Shown here piece after piece: positions 10,645 to 19,473 of a DNA stretch of 64,000 nt. Under the pieces are notes generated by a model. The model did not search any database. It had not been told where the DNA came from and saw nothing but the letters and a program-made list of their open reading frames with translations. The position numbers were made by a program, and so were the translations under genes. Numbering within the stretch: the first letter of the stretch is position 1; every line of letters starts with the position of its first letter. Origin of the DNA: Acidobacteriota bacterium (GTDB lineage: Bacteria; Acidobacteriota; UBA890; WLXD01); NCBI GenBank assembly GCA_963666055.2, contig CAXWPH010000015.1, forward strand, positions 1,056,001 to 1,120,000, given 5' to 3'.

Positions 10645-10666
10645 CACTTTCACCACGGCCTGCTAG
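10645..10666 (-). repeat. Solo terminal repeat of the 275-bp element
   Basis: CACTTTCACCACGGCCTGCTAG, identical to the TIR of the element at 16287. Confidence 0.85.
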
Positions 10667-10675
10667 AGAACGCTG

Positions 10676-12532
10676 CTACTCAATAATCGGCAAAACAAGG
10701 TGAGACGGCGATTCTTGGGAGCGATATATCTTTTGTGTCGCTTTTTGATAATCGTTCTTCTTGGCGCGGTAAATGTTGGTGAAGGTCTGCGGGTTGCGGT
10801 CAAATGCCGGGAACCAGGAACTGTGAACCTGAACCATGATTTTGTGCCCTTTCTTGAAAGTATGAAACTTGTCCCTTATCTCAAAGCTGATGGCTGTTAC
10901 TTGGTCCGGTTCCATGGGTTCGGGGTTCGAGTAGCTGTTGCGGTATTTGCCCCTCATTACCTCGAAGCCCAGCAGCATCTGATAACCACCCATTTTGACA
11001 GTCCCATTATCCGGGGCATCTCCCGGATAAACATCGATGAGCTTTACAAACCAGTCACTGTCCGTTCCGGAGGTTGAGGCAAAGAGGTTGGCGCGAATAG
11101 GCCCGGCTATGGTTATTTCTTCTTCCAGTGCCTTTGTCTGGTAAGTCAGGACATCAGTCCGAGTGGAGGTATGACGCTGGTCTCCCACCATATGGTTGTA
11201 CGGTGCCATGGGTATTTCGAGTGAAAACGGGATAGGTTTCGCCGGGTCGCTTATATAGCTGTCATGGGTATTGTGGTTGCTTTCTGTTGGTTGGTCGAAG
11301 GAGAGCCCGTCGTCTTCCTGAAGATAAATATTCGTTTTGACCACATGGTTTGGAGGCCACTGTTCGAAGCGGTGCCACCTGTTGTTGCCGGTTTCAAACA
11401 CGGTGGCTTCGGAAGGTGACCAGCTCCCCTCGTCTTTCAAGTAGTACTGGAAGAAGGGGAAAATAATATCCTTCTGAAAATATTCAGAAGTCTTGGCGCC
11501 AAACTGAATGTCTCCCAGCGTTGATCCGTCATCCGCACGCCATCCGCCATGCCGCCAGGGGCCAACGACAAGCGTGCTGTGGTTTTCGCGGTTCTTTTCC
11601 TCGATGGTCTGATACGTTGCGATGGCCCCGTAGGGGTCAGGGGAGTCGAACCATCCCGCCACATTCAAAACAGGTATCGTGACATTGTCGAGCGACCGCG
11701 CGACATTTCTGCTCTTCCAAAACTCATCGTAGTCGGGATGTTCAATTACGTTCTGCCATACTTGGGTCATCTGCCCTTCATAGTGTCGCTCGTTGAGTTG
11801 ATCCGTCGGTCCGGCATTCAGAAAGAACTCATAGGCCCAGGGCGTCCCGTGATCCATAGGCTCGGGACGGATTCCATTCAGCCTGCCCCGATTGGGGCCA
11901 CTGGCAACGCTCATGGCGAACCACCATTCCGTGCCCAGCATCGTGAAAGCGCCGTTATGATGGGAATCATCACCGAGAAAGGGATCAAACGTCGTCGCCT
12001 GAGGGGATGCCGCCTTGAGTGCCGGATGCGCACCAATGATGCCCATAACCGTATACCAGCCGGGATGGGAGATCCCCCACTGGCCCAGCCGTCCGTTATT
12101 TCCTGAAATGTTCGTGACCAGCCACTCGATGGTGTCGTAGCTATCCGTCGCTTCATCTGTGCCACTGTCGTCGCTGCGGACCGGCCGAAGATTGATCCAT
12201 TCTCCTTCAGACTGATATGTACCGCGTCCGTCTTGAAATACGAAAATATAGCCATCTTCCAGAAAGTCATCACTTGGGGCCATTCGTTCAGGCGGATGAA
12301 ATTCGTCGGGACCATACGGGCTGGCGGAATAGGGGGTGCGTACCATCAGGAAAGGATATGTCTGTGATTTGTCCTTGGGGGTGTAGACGACAGTATGTAG
12401 TTTGATGCCGTCGCGTACCGGAATCTCGTAAACCGAACGGTCGTAATGTGCCCTGACGTCAAATTCTGTCGTGGCCGCAAGGCCAATGTCCCAGATCAGA
12501 AAGAGTATGGACAATGAAATGAGTTGTTTCAT
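10676..12532 (-). CDS. CocE/NonD family hydrolase (alpha-amino acid ester hydrolase-like)
   Basis: RTPY, QDGRG, GISHPG, GWFD and GPWRHG motifs. PepX_C-like C-terminus, signal peptide, visibly lower GC than neighbours. Confidence 0.92.
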   Translation of the reverse strand: MKQLISLSILFLIWDIGLAATTEFDVRAHYDRSVYEIPVRDGIKLHTVVYTPKDKSQTYPFLMVRTPYSASPYGPDEFHPPERMAPSDDFLEDGYIFVFQDGRGTYQSEGEWINLRPVRSDDSGTDEATDSYDTIEWLVTNISGNNGRLGQWGISHPGWYTVMGIIGAHPALKAASPQATTFDPFLGDDSHHNGAFTMLGTEWWFAMSVASGPNRGRLNGIRPEPMDHGTPWAYEFFLNAGPTDQLNERHYEGQMTQVWQNVIEHPDYDEFWKSRNVARSLDNVTIPVLNVAGWFDSPDPYGAIATYQTIEEKNRENHSTLVVGPWRHGGWRADDGSTLGDIQFGAKTSEYFQKDIIFPFFQYYLKDEGSWSPSEATVFETGNNRWHRFEQWPPNHVVKTNIYLQEDDGLSFDQPTESNHNTHDSYISDPAKPIPFSLEIPMAPYNHMVGDQRHTSTRTDVLTYQTKALEEEITIAGPIRANLFASTSGTDSDWFVKLIDVYPGDAPDNGTVKMGGYQMLLGFEVMRGKYRNSYSNPEPMEPDQVTAISFEIRDKFHTFKKGHKIMVQVHSSWFPAFDRNPQTFTNIYRAKKNDYQKATQKIYRSQESPSHLVLPIIE

Positions 12533-12691
12533 GACAGCCCCGATAAGGAAGAACTGGAAGATCGATAGCGTCCAGCCCCGGTCCGCACGAAGTGCCGTCC
12601 TGAGACAGGACCGGGGCCTCCGATTGAGTGCTTGGCGAAACTAGCAGAACGCGAGAAGACAGGGCAAGGCGCGACCTGTCTCACGAGTCGG

Positions 12692-13792
12692 CTAATTCCT
12701 GACCCGGATCCACTGCACCAGGCGCTGGCCGGTGACTTCCCCCACGAGGATGCTGCCATCGGGATGCAATCCAATGAACTCCTGAGCGACGCCGAGAGGT
12801 TGGCCGTTCTCCGTAAATCCGGAGAGCTGAAGCTCGGGAATGAAGGTTTCGATCGAACCTGTCTTGGCGCTGCCGATCCAGATGCCCCGGTCGTAGCCAT
12901 AGCTCCCGCCGCCCGGGAACTCTGTGTCCAGCACACCGGTCAATGATGTCGTGCCATCGACCACATAAATCCTGTCCTGGTCATCAATGGCGATCGAGCT
13001 CGGTCTCCCGAAATGAGTCCACAGCCCGATGAAAGTCCCCTCCTGGTCGAAGATCTGGATCCGATTGTTGCCCCGGTCGGAAACGAAGAGCCGACCTCGG
13101 GAATCGATTGCGAGGTGATGGGGATCGTTGAACAGACCGCGCGCAGCGGTCGCCGCGTCCACGCCACCTCCGATCTGCATGACGAACGTCCCATCTGGCG
13201 AGAATTTAACCAGGCGGTTGTTGCCACCGCGATGCCCATCCGTGACCCAGATCTCGCCATTGGGGGCGACCAGCACATGGGAGGGTCCATTGAAGTGCGT
13301 CTCGTCGTCGCCGGGGGTGGCGGCTTCGCCCAGGGTCATCAATACTTCTCCCTCCGGGCTCAACTTGAAGACCTGGTGCCCCCGGCCGAGTTTGAATCCC
13401 GCTTCTCCTCGAGGTTCTCCTGCCGGCGATCCCTCGGTCACCCAGAGATTTCCGTCGTGGTCCACGAAGAAACCGTGAGGCCACCCGAAGAGCCCCTTGC
13501 CAAGGCTCGTCACCAGGTTCCCGTGGAGGTCAAATTTGAGGATCGGGTCTACGTCAACGCCAGCGCAGTTGTTCCCACCACACCTGTCCATCAGCCACAT
13601 GTGTTGGCCATCGGGATCCAGGTATATCCCGGCCACCACCCCCAGAGTCCTCCCCTCCGGGAGCTTTGCCCATCCGTACAAGGCGCGATACGGATTACTG
13701 TGTTGGGCGCTTGACTCCGCCGGAACCATCACCACGGCCAGCGTTGCAAGCGTTGCGACGAGTGTTGATCTGAATCGGCTCGGTTGTGACAT
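12692..13792 (-). CDS. Secreted NHL-repeat protein (PAL-like beta-propeller)
   Basis: FGWPHG, FNGPSHV, FNDPHHLA and VSDRGNNRIQIF repeats. Signal peptide, GGGAGG RBS. Confidence 0.85.
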   Translation of the reverse strand: MSQPSRFRSTLVATLATLAVVMVPAESSAQHSNPYRALYGWAKLPEGRTLGVVAGIYLDPDGQHMWLMDRCGGNNCAGVDVDPILKFDLHGNLVTSLGKGLFGWPHGFFVDHDGNLWVTEGSPAGEPRGEAGFKLGRGHQVFKLSPEGEVLMTLGEAATPGDDETHFNGPSHVLVAPNGEIWVTDGHRGGNNRLVKFSPDGTFVMQIGGGVDAATAARGLFNDPHHLAIDSRGRLFVSDRGNNRIQIFDQEGTFIGLWTHFGRPSSIAIDDQDRIYVVDGTTSLTGVLDTEFPGGGSYGYDRGIWIGSAKTGSIETFIPELQLSGFTENGQPLGVAQEFIGLHPDGSILVGEVTGQRLVQWIRVRN

Positions 13793-13892
13793 CTCGACTA
13801 CCTCCCTGACAGCCTCCTGTGCAGCCGGCATGACTATATGCTTCCTCCGCGCGGAGAGAGCTGGGCGACACGCCATCGCACGGGAGACCGGA

Positions 13893-14732
13893 ATGTCGAG
13901 ATCGATCACTACCCTCGTGGTTCTGACGCTACTGGTACCGACCGTTGCACAGACGCAGGTACCGGTAACCGTCGAGACGGACGTTATCTACAGTCGCACG
14001 CTCGGCTCGGCGGTCCTTGCGGACATCGCCTACCCGGTCGACGGCGAGGATCTGCCGGTCATCATGTACGTGCACGGAGGTCGGTGGCGCGCCGGCCAGC
14101 GGGTCAACGATGCCGGGCTGAAGGTCGCCGAGTGGGCCGGGCGGGGGTTTTTCGCCATGACGATCGACTATCGCCTGGTCGGTGCCTCTCCCGCGCCGGC
14201 AGCCTATCAGGACGTCCAGACGGCGATTCGCTGGGTGCACGCGCACGCCGACGAGTACCGCCTCGATCAGGATCGCATCTACCTGATCGGCAACTCGTCC
14301 GGCGGCCATCTCGTGGCCCTGGTGGCCACCCTGGGCGAGGGACCCTTCGCGCGGGTGGGCGGCTGGGAGAACTTTCGCACCGACGTGCGGGCCGTCATCA
14401 GCGCCGCCGGTCCTTACGACCTGAATACGCTGTCGTGGGGGGATCTCTGGACGCCGGTCGAGGGCGCCGCCCGCGAGGCACGCACGATCGCGTCGCCGAT
14501 CCACAACATCGGCCCCGGGACCAGGCCGATCCTCATCGTGCACTCGGATGACGACCGTTCCGTGCCGATCCAGCAGGCCGTAGACATGGCCGCCGCACTC
14601 GATGCGTCCGGTGTTCACCACCGCTTCGTCCACTACGAAGATCGTGGCCACATGTCGGTCACCGACGAGGTGACGGAACACACCTTGGCTTTCATCGCCG
14701 AGGTGGAGGGGATCGGGGACCCTCGACCGTAG
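13893..14732 (+). CDS. Secreted alpha/beta hydrolase (carboxylesterase/lipase-like)
   Basis: HGGRW, GNSSGG, HSDDD..VP and GH motifs. Signal peptide. Confidence 0.88.
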   Translation: MSRSITTLVVLTLLVPTVAQTQVPVTVETDVIYSRTLGSAVLADIAYPVDGEDLPVIMYVHGGRWRAGQRVNDAGLKVAEWAGRGFFAMTIDYRLVGASPAPAAYQDVQTAIRWVHAHADEYRLDQDRIYLIGNSSGGHLVALVATLGEGPFARVGGWENFRTDVRAVISAAGPYDLNTLSWGDLWTPVEGAAREARTIASPIHNIGPGTRPILIVHSDDDRSVPIQQAVDMAAALDASGVHHRFVHYEDRGHMSVTDEVTEHTLAFIAEVEGIGDPRP

Positions 14733-14873
14733 CTCGGCTATTCCACCAGCTCTGGGAACGCGTTTACATCCGAGTACAATCCGGCCAGCGGGCGACGGGC
14801 CGGGCGCGAACGGACCGCGGTGCGGACTGACGCCAATGTCGCGGATCTGAGAAGGACAAAGAACCGAGTCGCT

Positions 14874-16289
14874 ATGCAACTGGCATTAGGGATCAGCCTC
14901 GTCGTGTTCTTCACCCTCATGGTGGGGATCTCGATATGGGCAAGCAAGCGAATCCACACGGGCGAGGACTACATCGTCGCTGGCCGCCGCCTGTCGGGCA
15001 TCATGACGACGGCCACGATAATGGCCACCTGGTACGCCGCAGAGACCATCCTCGTCACCGCAGACACGGTACGAACCGACGGAATCCAGATAACGGTTCT
15101 CGAGCCTATCGGCATCGGACTCTGCCTGATCTTGGCCGGCGCGGTCTTTGCCCGGCGCCTTTGGGAAACGAAGCTCCTCACGCTTGCTGATGTCATCGGC
15201 GCGCGGTTCGGTACGATTGCCGAGAAGCTGCAGGCGTTCGTATCGATCAGCTACATCGGTTGGGTGGCGGTCCAGCTGCTGGGGCTTGCCGGCGTGCTCA
15301 ACGTCTATTTCGACCTGCCGATCTCGACGGGCGTCATCCTGATCACGACGGTGCTGACCCTGTACACGTTGGTCGGCGGCCTGTGGTCGGTCGCGATGAC
15401 CGACATCGTGCAGCTGGGCCTGCTGTTGATCGGTATCGTCATCCTCACGTTCCGTGTTCTTGCGGAGCTCGGTGACGGTCCGTTGTCCGGTACTGCCGCA
15501 CTGTTCGACCAGCTCGACGCCGAACTGCTCGTTTGGGTTCCCACCGGTTCGTTCGAAGAGATGCAAACGTGGGTCGGACTGATCTTCATTGGCGTGTTCG
15601 CCAACGTCGCGACGCAGGATCTCGCACAACGGATGTTCGCGGCGCGGTCCTCGAGAACCGCCGCACGCTCCACCGTCGCAGCCGGGATTCTGTACATCTT
15701 CTTCGGCGCGTTCCCGGTTCTCCTCGGACTTGCCGGCAACTTGCTTCTCGATGAGTCCGTGGTTCAGGGCGTCATCCCGGCATTGGCGGAGCAGCTATTT
15801 TCACCGACCCTCTCGGTCATCTTCGCGTTGACCCTCACGGCCGCGGTTACGTCCAGCGTAGACAGCGGGCTCTTGGCACCGGCCAGCGTCATAGCGCGGA
15901 ACGTCGTCGGCCCGATTCTCAAGGACCGGATCAGCCTCATTACCCTGACCCGAATCTCCGTCGTGGTCATTGCAGTGATCAGCGCCTGGCTGGCGCTGTC
16001 GGGCACGCGCGCCTTCGAGCTCATACAGGGCAGTTACGCCGCCACGCTGCCATCATTCATCGTGCTGTGGGCGGCGCTGTATCACAAGGAAGCACGCCCG
16101 ATACCCGGGACGCTGACACTGGTCGCCGGCATTGGCCTATGGCTCTATGAGATCATCCGCAACATCGCCTCGGGAGGCACGGACACGGAAGTGCTGTCGC
16201 CCGGTTTCCCCGTGATCTTGCTGGTGCTGTGCTTCGTGGTCTACTGGACCTCGCATTGGGTGGTCCGAAGGCTCGAGACGCGGGGCTAG
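14874..16289 (+). CDS. Sodium:solute symporter family transporter
   Basis: About 13 TM helices. DYIVAGR, YTLVGGLWSVAMTD and QRMFAA motifs. Confidence 0.92.
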   Translation: MQLALGISLVVFFTLMVGISIWASKRIHTGEDYIVAGRRLSGIMTTATIMATWYAAETILVTADTVRTDGIQITVLEPIGIGLCLILAGAVFARRLWETKLLTLADVIGARFGTIAEKLQAFVSISYIGWVAVQLLGLAGVLNVYFDLPISTGVILITTVLTLYTLVGGLWSVAMTDIVQLGLLLIGIVILTFRVLAELGDGPLSGTAALFDQLDAELLVWVPTGSFEEMQTWVGLIFIGVFANVATQDLAQRMFAARSSRTAARSTVAAGILYIFFGAFPVLLGLAGNLLLDESVVQGVIPALAEQLFSPTLSVIFALTLTAAVTSSVDSGLLAPASVIARNVVGPILKDRISLITLTRISVVVIAVISAWLALSGTRAFELIQGSYAATLPSFIVLWAALYHKEARPIPGTLTLVAGIGLWLYEIIRNIASGGTDTEVLSPGFPVILLVLCFVVYWTSHWVVRRLETRG

Positions 16290-16564
16290 CAGGCCGTGGT
16301 GAAAGTGTGGTGGGTCTGGCGACAGGGTCTTGCGAAGTGGAGGCAAGGAGAGAGGAGGTAGGCGATGGTTACCCCATCGTTGACGAGGAACGACGCAGCA
16401 TACGCGCGCAACCCCCTGTCGCCCGAAGGGTTACGGCGATTTGGGGCCATCTGCGATGTTGGCCTTTCTCGACGATGGCTAGGGCATCGCCTGTGTCAGG
16501 CCGCCTTGCATCTGGCCCCAACTCGCCGTAACCAGACCCACCACACTTTCACCACGGCCTGCTA
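16287..16564. mobile_element. 278-bp non-autonomous TIR element (MITE/REPIN-like), copy 1
   Basis: Perfect 33-bp TIR TAGCAGGCCGTGGTGAAAGTGTGGTGGGTCTGG. Internal hairpins. Homologous, in reverse orientation, to 54976-55252. Confidence 0.85.
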
Positions 16565-16595
16565 AGGGACGGCGAACACTACCGGGCGGCCTGCG

Positions 16596-16657
16596 TTGGA
16601 TCTCGTCTCCTGTGGCTGTAGGCTTCACGCGCTCACCCACCTCCCTCTGGTCGCGCC
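16596..16657 (+). promoter_or_regulatory. Sigma70-like kinase promoter TTGGAT-N17-TAGGCT plus leader
   Basis: Hexamers at 16596-16601 and 16619-16624, conserved upstream of the kinase starts. Confidence 0.75.
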
Positions 16658-19345
16658 ATGGAACCTGGTACTCGACTCGGCCACTACGAGATCCTCGCCC
16701 CACTCGGTGCAGGCGGTATGGGACAGGTGTACCGAGCACGCGATAACACCCTGGATCGTGATGTCGCCATCAAGGTGCTGCCGGAGGACTTCGCCACCGA
16801 CCCCGAGCGGCTGGCTCGCTTCGAGCGCGAAGCCAAGCTCCTCGCCTCGCTGAACCACCCCAACATCGCCACCATCCACGGGTTCGACGAGTCCGACGGT
16901 GTCCGCTTCATCGCCATGGAGCTGGTGGAAGGTCAAAGTCTCGTCGAGAGGATCGAAGCGACGGGTCGGATCGAGCTCGACGAGGCACTGGAGATCGCCC
17001 GCCAGATCGCGCTGGCGCTCGAAGCCGCCCACGAGGCCGGCGTCATCCATCGCGACCTGAAACCCGCCAACGTCCAGGTCGCACCTGATGGTGCGGTCAA
17101 GGTGCTCGACTTCGGGCTGGCTAAAGCCTACGAAGCGGACGCCAACGAGCCGTCAGCGGAACTAAGCCAATCGCCCACGATGATGGGGGCAACGGGAGCC
17201 GGCGTGATCATGGGGACGGCCCCCTACATGAGTCCAGAACAGGCGCGGGGCAAGCCGGTCGATAGGCGCAGCGACATCTGGGCCTTCGGCTGCGTGTTCT
17301 ACGAGATGTTGACGGGTCAACCGGCATTCAGCGGCGAAACCGCGACCGACACCCTGGCGGCGATTGTGCACGAAGAGCCGGACTGGGCCACTGTGCCAGA
17401 AGCGGTGCCAGCGATCATTCGGCACCTGTTGCGCCGATGCCTTGTGAAGGAACCGCGTGACCGTCTCCACGACATCGCCGATGCTCGCATCGAGATCATC
17501 AGCGCCGTCAGTGAGCCTGAGAGAGACTTCGCCGCCGTCACACCTGTGTCAGTTCGATCCTCTGGTTGGCGCCTAGCAGCACCCTGGCTCGTCGCTGCTG
17601 CCGCAGTTGTGGCCGGTGGCATTGGTACTTTCGGGGGTTGGGCACTCTACGAGCCGGCACCGGTCGCATCTCTGCCCCCGACCCGCTTCTCGGTGAACCT
17701 GCCAGCGCCCATCAGCAACACTGGGGTCGGCCCTCAAGTGGTATCCGCCATCTCATCAGACGGCCAGCGCATGGTATTTGCGCTGCAAGAAGGCGGCAGC
17801 ACGCGGCTCTACCTACGGGAAATGGACGCTACCGAAGCGGTACCGATCGCGGGCACCGAGGGAGGACGCTCCCCCTTCTTCTCCCCTGATGGCGACTCGA
17901 TCGCCTTCCATGATGGCATCCAGCTCAAGCAGGTCTCTCTGACGGGCGGTGGCCCGCTGACAATTACCCCCACTGCGGGCAATTTATTAGGTGGCTTCTG
18001 GGATGAAGACGACTGGATCTACTTTGCTACCAACATCATTCAGGCGCCGATGCGTGTTCCAGCCGCGGGAGGTCAGGCTGAGGAAATAGCAGCGGAGGGG
18101 ACCAAGCGGGTCGGCGGTCTGTACGCCTGGCCACAGCTTCTGCCCGACAAGGAAACGCTGCTGGTTACCGTGTACGAGGCAGATCAGGATTTCTGGAACA
18201 TCGCTCTAATATCACTGGTGACCGGAACAGAGAGGAGTCTCGGGCCTGGCGGCGGCGCCCGGTACTTGGCCTCAGGCCACCTCGTCTACACACAGCCCAC
18301 CGGCCGGGGGCGCCAGGGCACCTTCCCGGTCGTGATCGCGCCCTTCGACCTCGAACGGCTAGAGATCTCTGGCCCTGTCGTTCGGTTGCCTTTCGATGTC
18401 GCTTCGAGTTGGGGATATCCCGCTTTGTCTAGCTCCCGTAACGGCACGCTTGTCTACTTACCGCAGCCCGTCAACGCCCAGAGGTTGGCGTGGGTACAGC
18501 GCGATGGCAGCTCCACGCTTCTCGACATCGAAGGAGGTCAACTCCACGCTCCACGGCTCTCTCCCGAGGGCAGCCGGGTGGCTGTATCCGAAAACGCATT
18601 TGATCTGCTCACCTTTGATCTTGAGGGACGAGCGGTCGTCCACACGGGCGCCTCGGTAGGCGGAACAATCACGTACCCCGTCTGGAGCAATGACGGCAAT
18701 CGGCTGCTGTTCACGTCCAACACGAGTGGACCGTTGAATATCTATTCCTCTGCGGTGGACGGAAGCGATCTGGAGTTGCTCGTCGAGACTGAGACTCCCA
18801 TAGTTCCAACGTCGTTGTCGGAGGATGACACCCTGCTTTTTTACGAGGTCACTGCCACGCGAGGGCGCGACATCTGGGTGCTTCCGCCTGATGGCCCCCC
18901 TGTGCCCGTGCTGGCAACACCGGCCAACGAGCGTGCGCCAGCGTTTGCCCCCGGCGGCCGCTTCTTCGCCTACGTATCAGATGAAGAAGGGCAAGACGAG
19001 GTCTACGTACGGCGATACCCCGATACCGGTACCCGGTGGAAGGTCTCAGCAGGCGGTGGCCGTGGGCCAATGTGGTCACCCCTTGGACACGAGATTTTCT
19101 ATGCGATCGGCGACAGGATGATGGCGGTACCTGTCCAAACCGAGCCCAGCTTCCAGTCGGGCAGGCCAGTGGAGCTCTTTGAATCGCGCTTCACCCTCGA
19201 TCAGTTCGGCAACGCGAATTACGACATCGCCGATGATGGTCAGCGTTTTCTGATGGTCCAAGAGACAGCGCCGCCACTGACCCAGGTTCCGGTGATCATC
19301 AACTGGTTCGACGAGCTGAAGCGGCTCGTGCCGACGGACCCGTAG
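16658..19345 (+). CDS. Ser/Thr protein kinase with TM and TolB/PD40 beta-propeller
   Basis: Full kinase motif set (HRDLKPAN, DFG, YMSPE), PD40 repeats, NWFDELKRLVPTDP end. Confidence 0.95.
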   Translation: MEPGTRLGHYEILAPLGAGGMGQVYRARDNTLDRDVAIKVLPEDFATDPERLARFEREAKLLASLNHPNIATIHGFDESDGVRFIAMELVEGQSLVERIEATGRIELDEALEIARQIALALEAAHEAGVIHRDLKPANVQVAPDGAVKVLDFGLAKAYEADANEPSAELSQSPTMMGATGAGVIMGTAPYMSPEQARGKPVDRRSDIWAFGCVFYEMLTGQPAFSGETATDTLAAIVHEEPDWATVPEAVPAIIRHLLRRCLVKEPRDRLHDIADARIEIISAVSEPERDFAAVTPVSVRSSGWRLAAPWLVAAAAVVAGGIGTFGGWALYEPAPVASLPPTRFSVNLPAPISNTGVGPQVVSAISSDGQRMVFALQEGGSTRLYLREMDATEAVPIAGTEGGRSPFFSPDGDSIAFHDGIQLKQVSLTGGGPLTITPTAGNLLGGFWDEDDWIYFATNIIQAPMRVPAAGGQAEEIAAEGTKRVGGLYAWPQLLPDKETLLVTVYEADQDFWNIALISLVTGTERSLGPGGGARYLASGHLVYTQPTGRGRQGTFPVVIAPFDLERLEISGPVVRLPFDVASSWGYPALSSSRNGTLVYLPQPVNAQRLAWVQRDGSSTLLDIEGGQLHAPRLSPEGSRVAVSENAFDLLTFDLEGRAVVHTGASVGGTITYPVWSNDGNRLLFTSNTSGPLNIYSSAVDGSDLELLVETETPIVPTSLSEDDTLLFYEVTATRGRDIWVLPPDGPPVPVLATPANERAPAFAPGGRFFAYVSDEEGQDEVYVRRYPDTGTRWKVSAGGGRGPMWSPLGHEIFYAIGDRMMAVPVQTEPSFQSGRPVELFESRFTLDQFGNANYDIADDGQRFLMVQETAPPLTQVPVIINWFDELKRLVPTDP

Positions 19346-19473
19346 TGCTTGTTAGCCGCACGAAGTCGGGGATGATGTTTCCGCGCACGCCGCCGTGGAT
19401 GCAGCCCAGCGGTTGAACAGATATCCACCGCAGCGCACTGTGTCATGAGTCGTTCGCAAAGTATTCTTCGATC

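Noticed and set aside
16365-16565. Small ORFs inside the TIR elements as transposases
   Set aside because: Too short, no DDE or HUH motifs, and not conserved between the three copies
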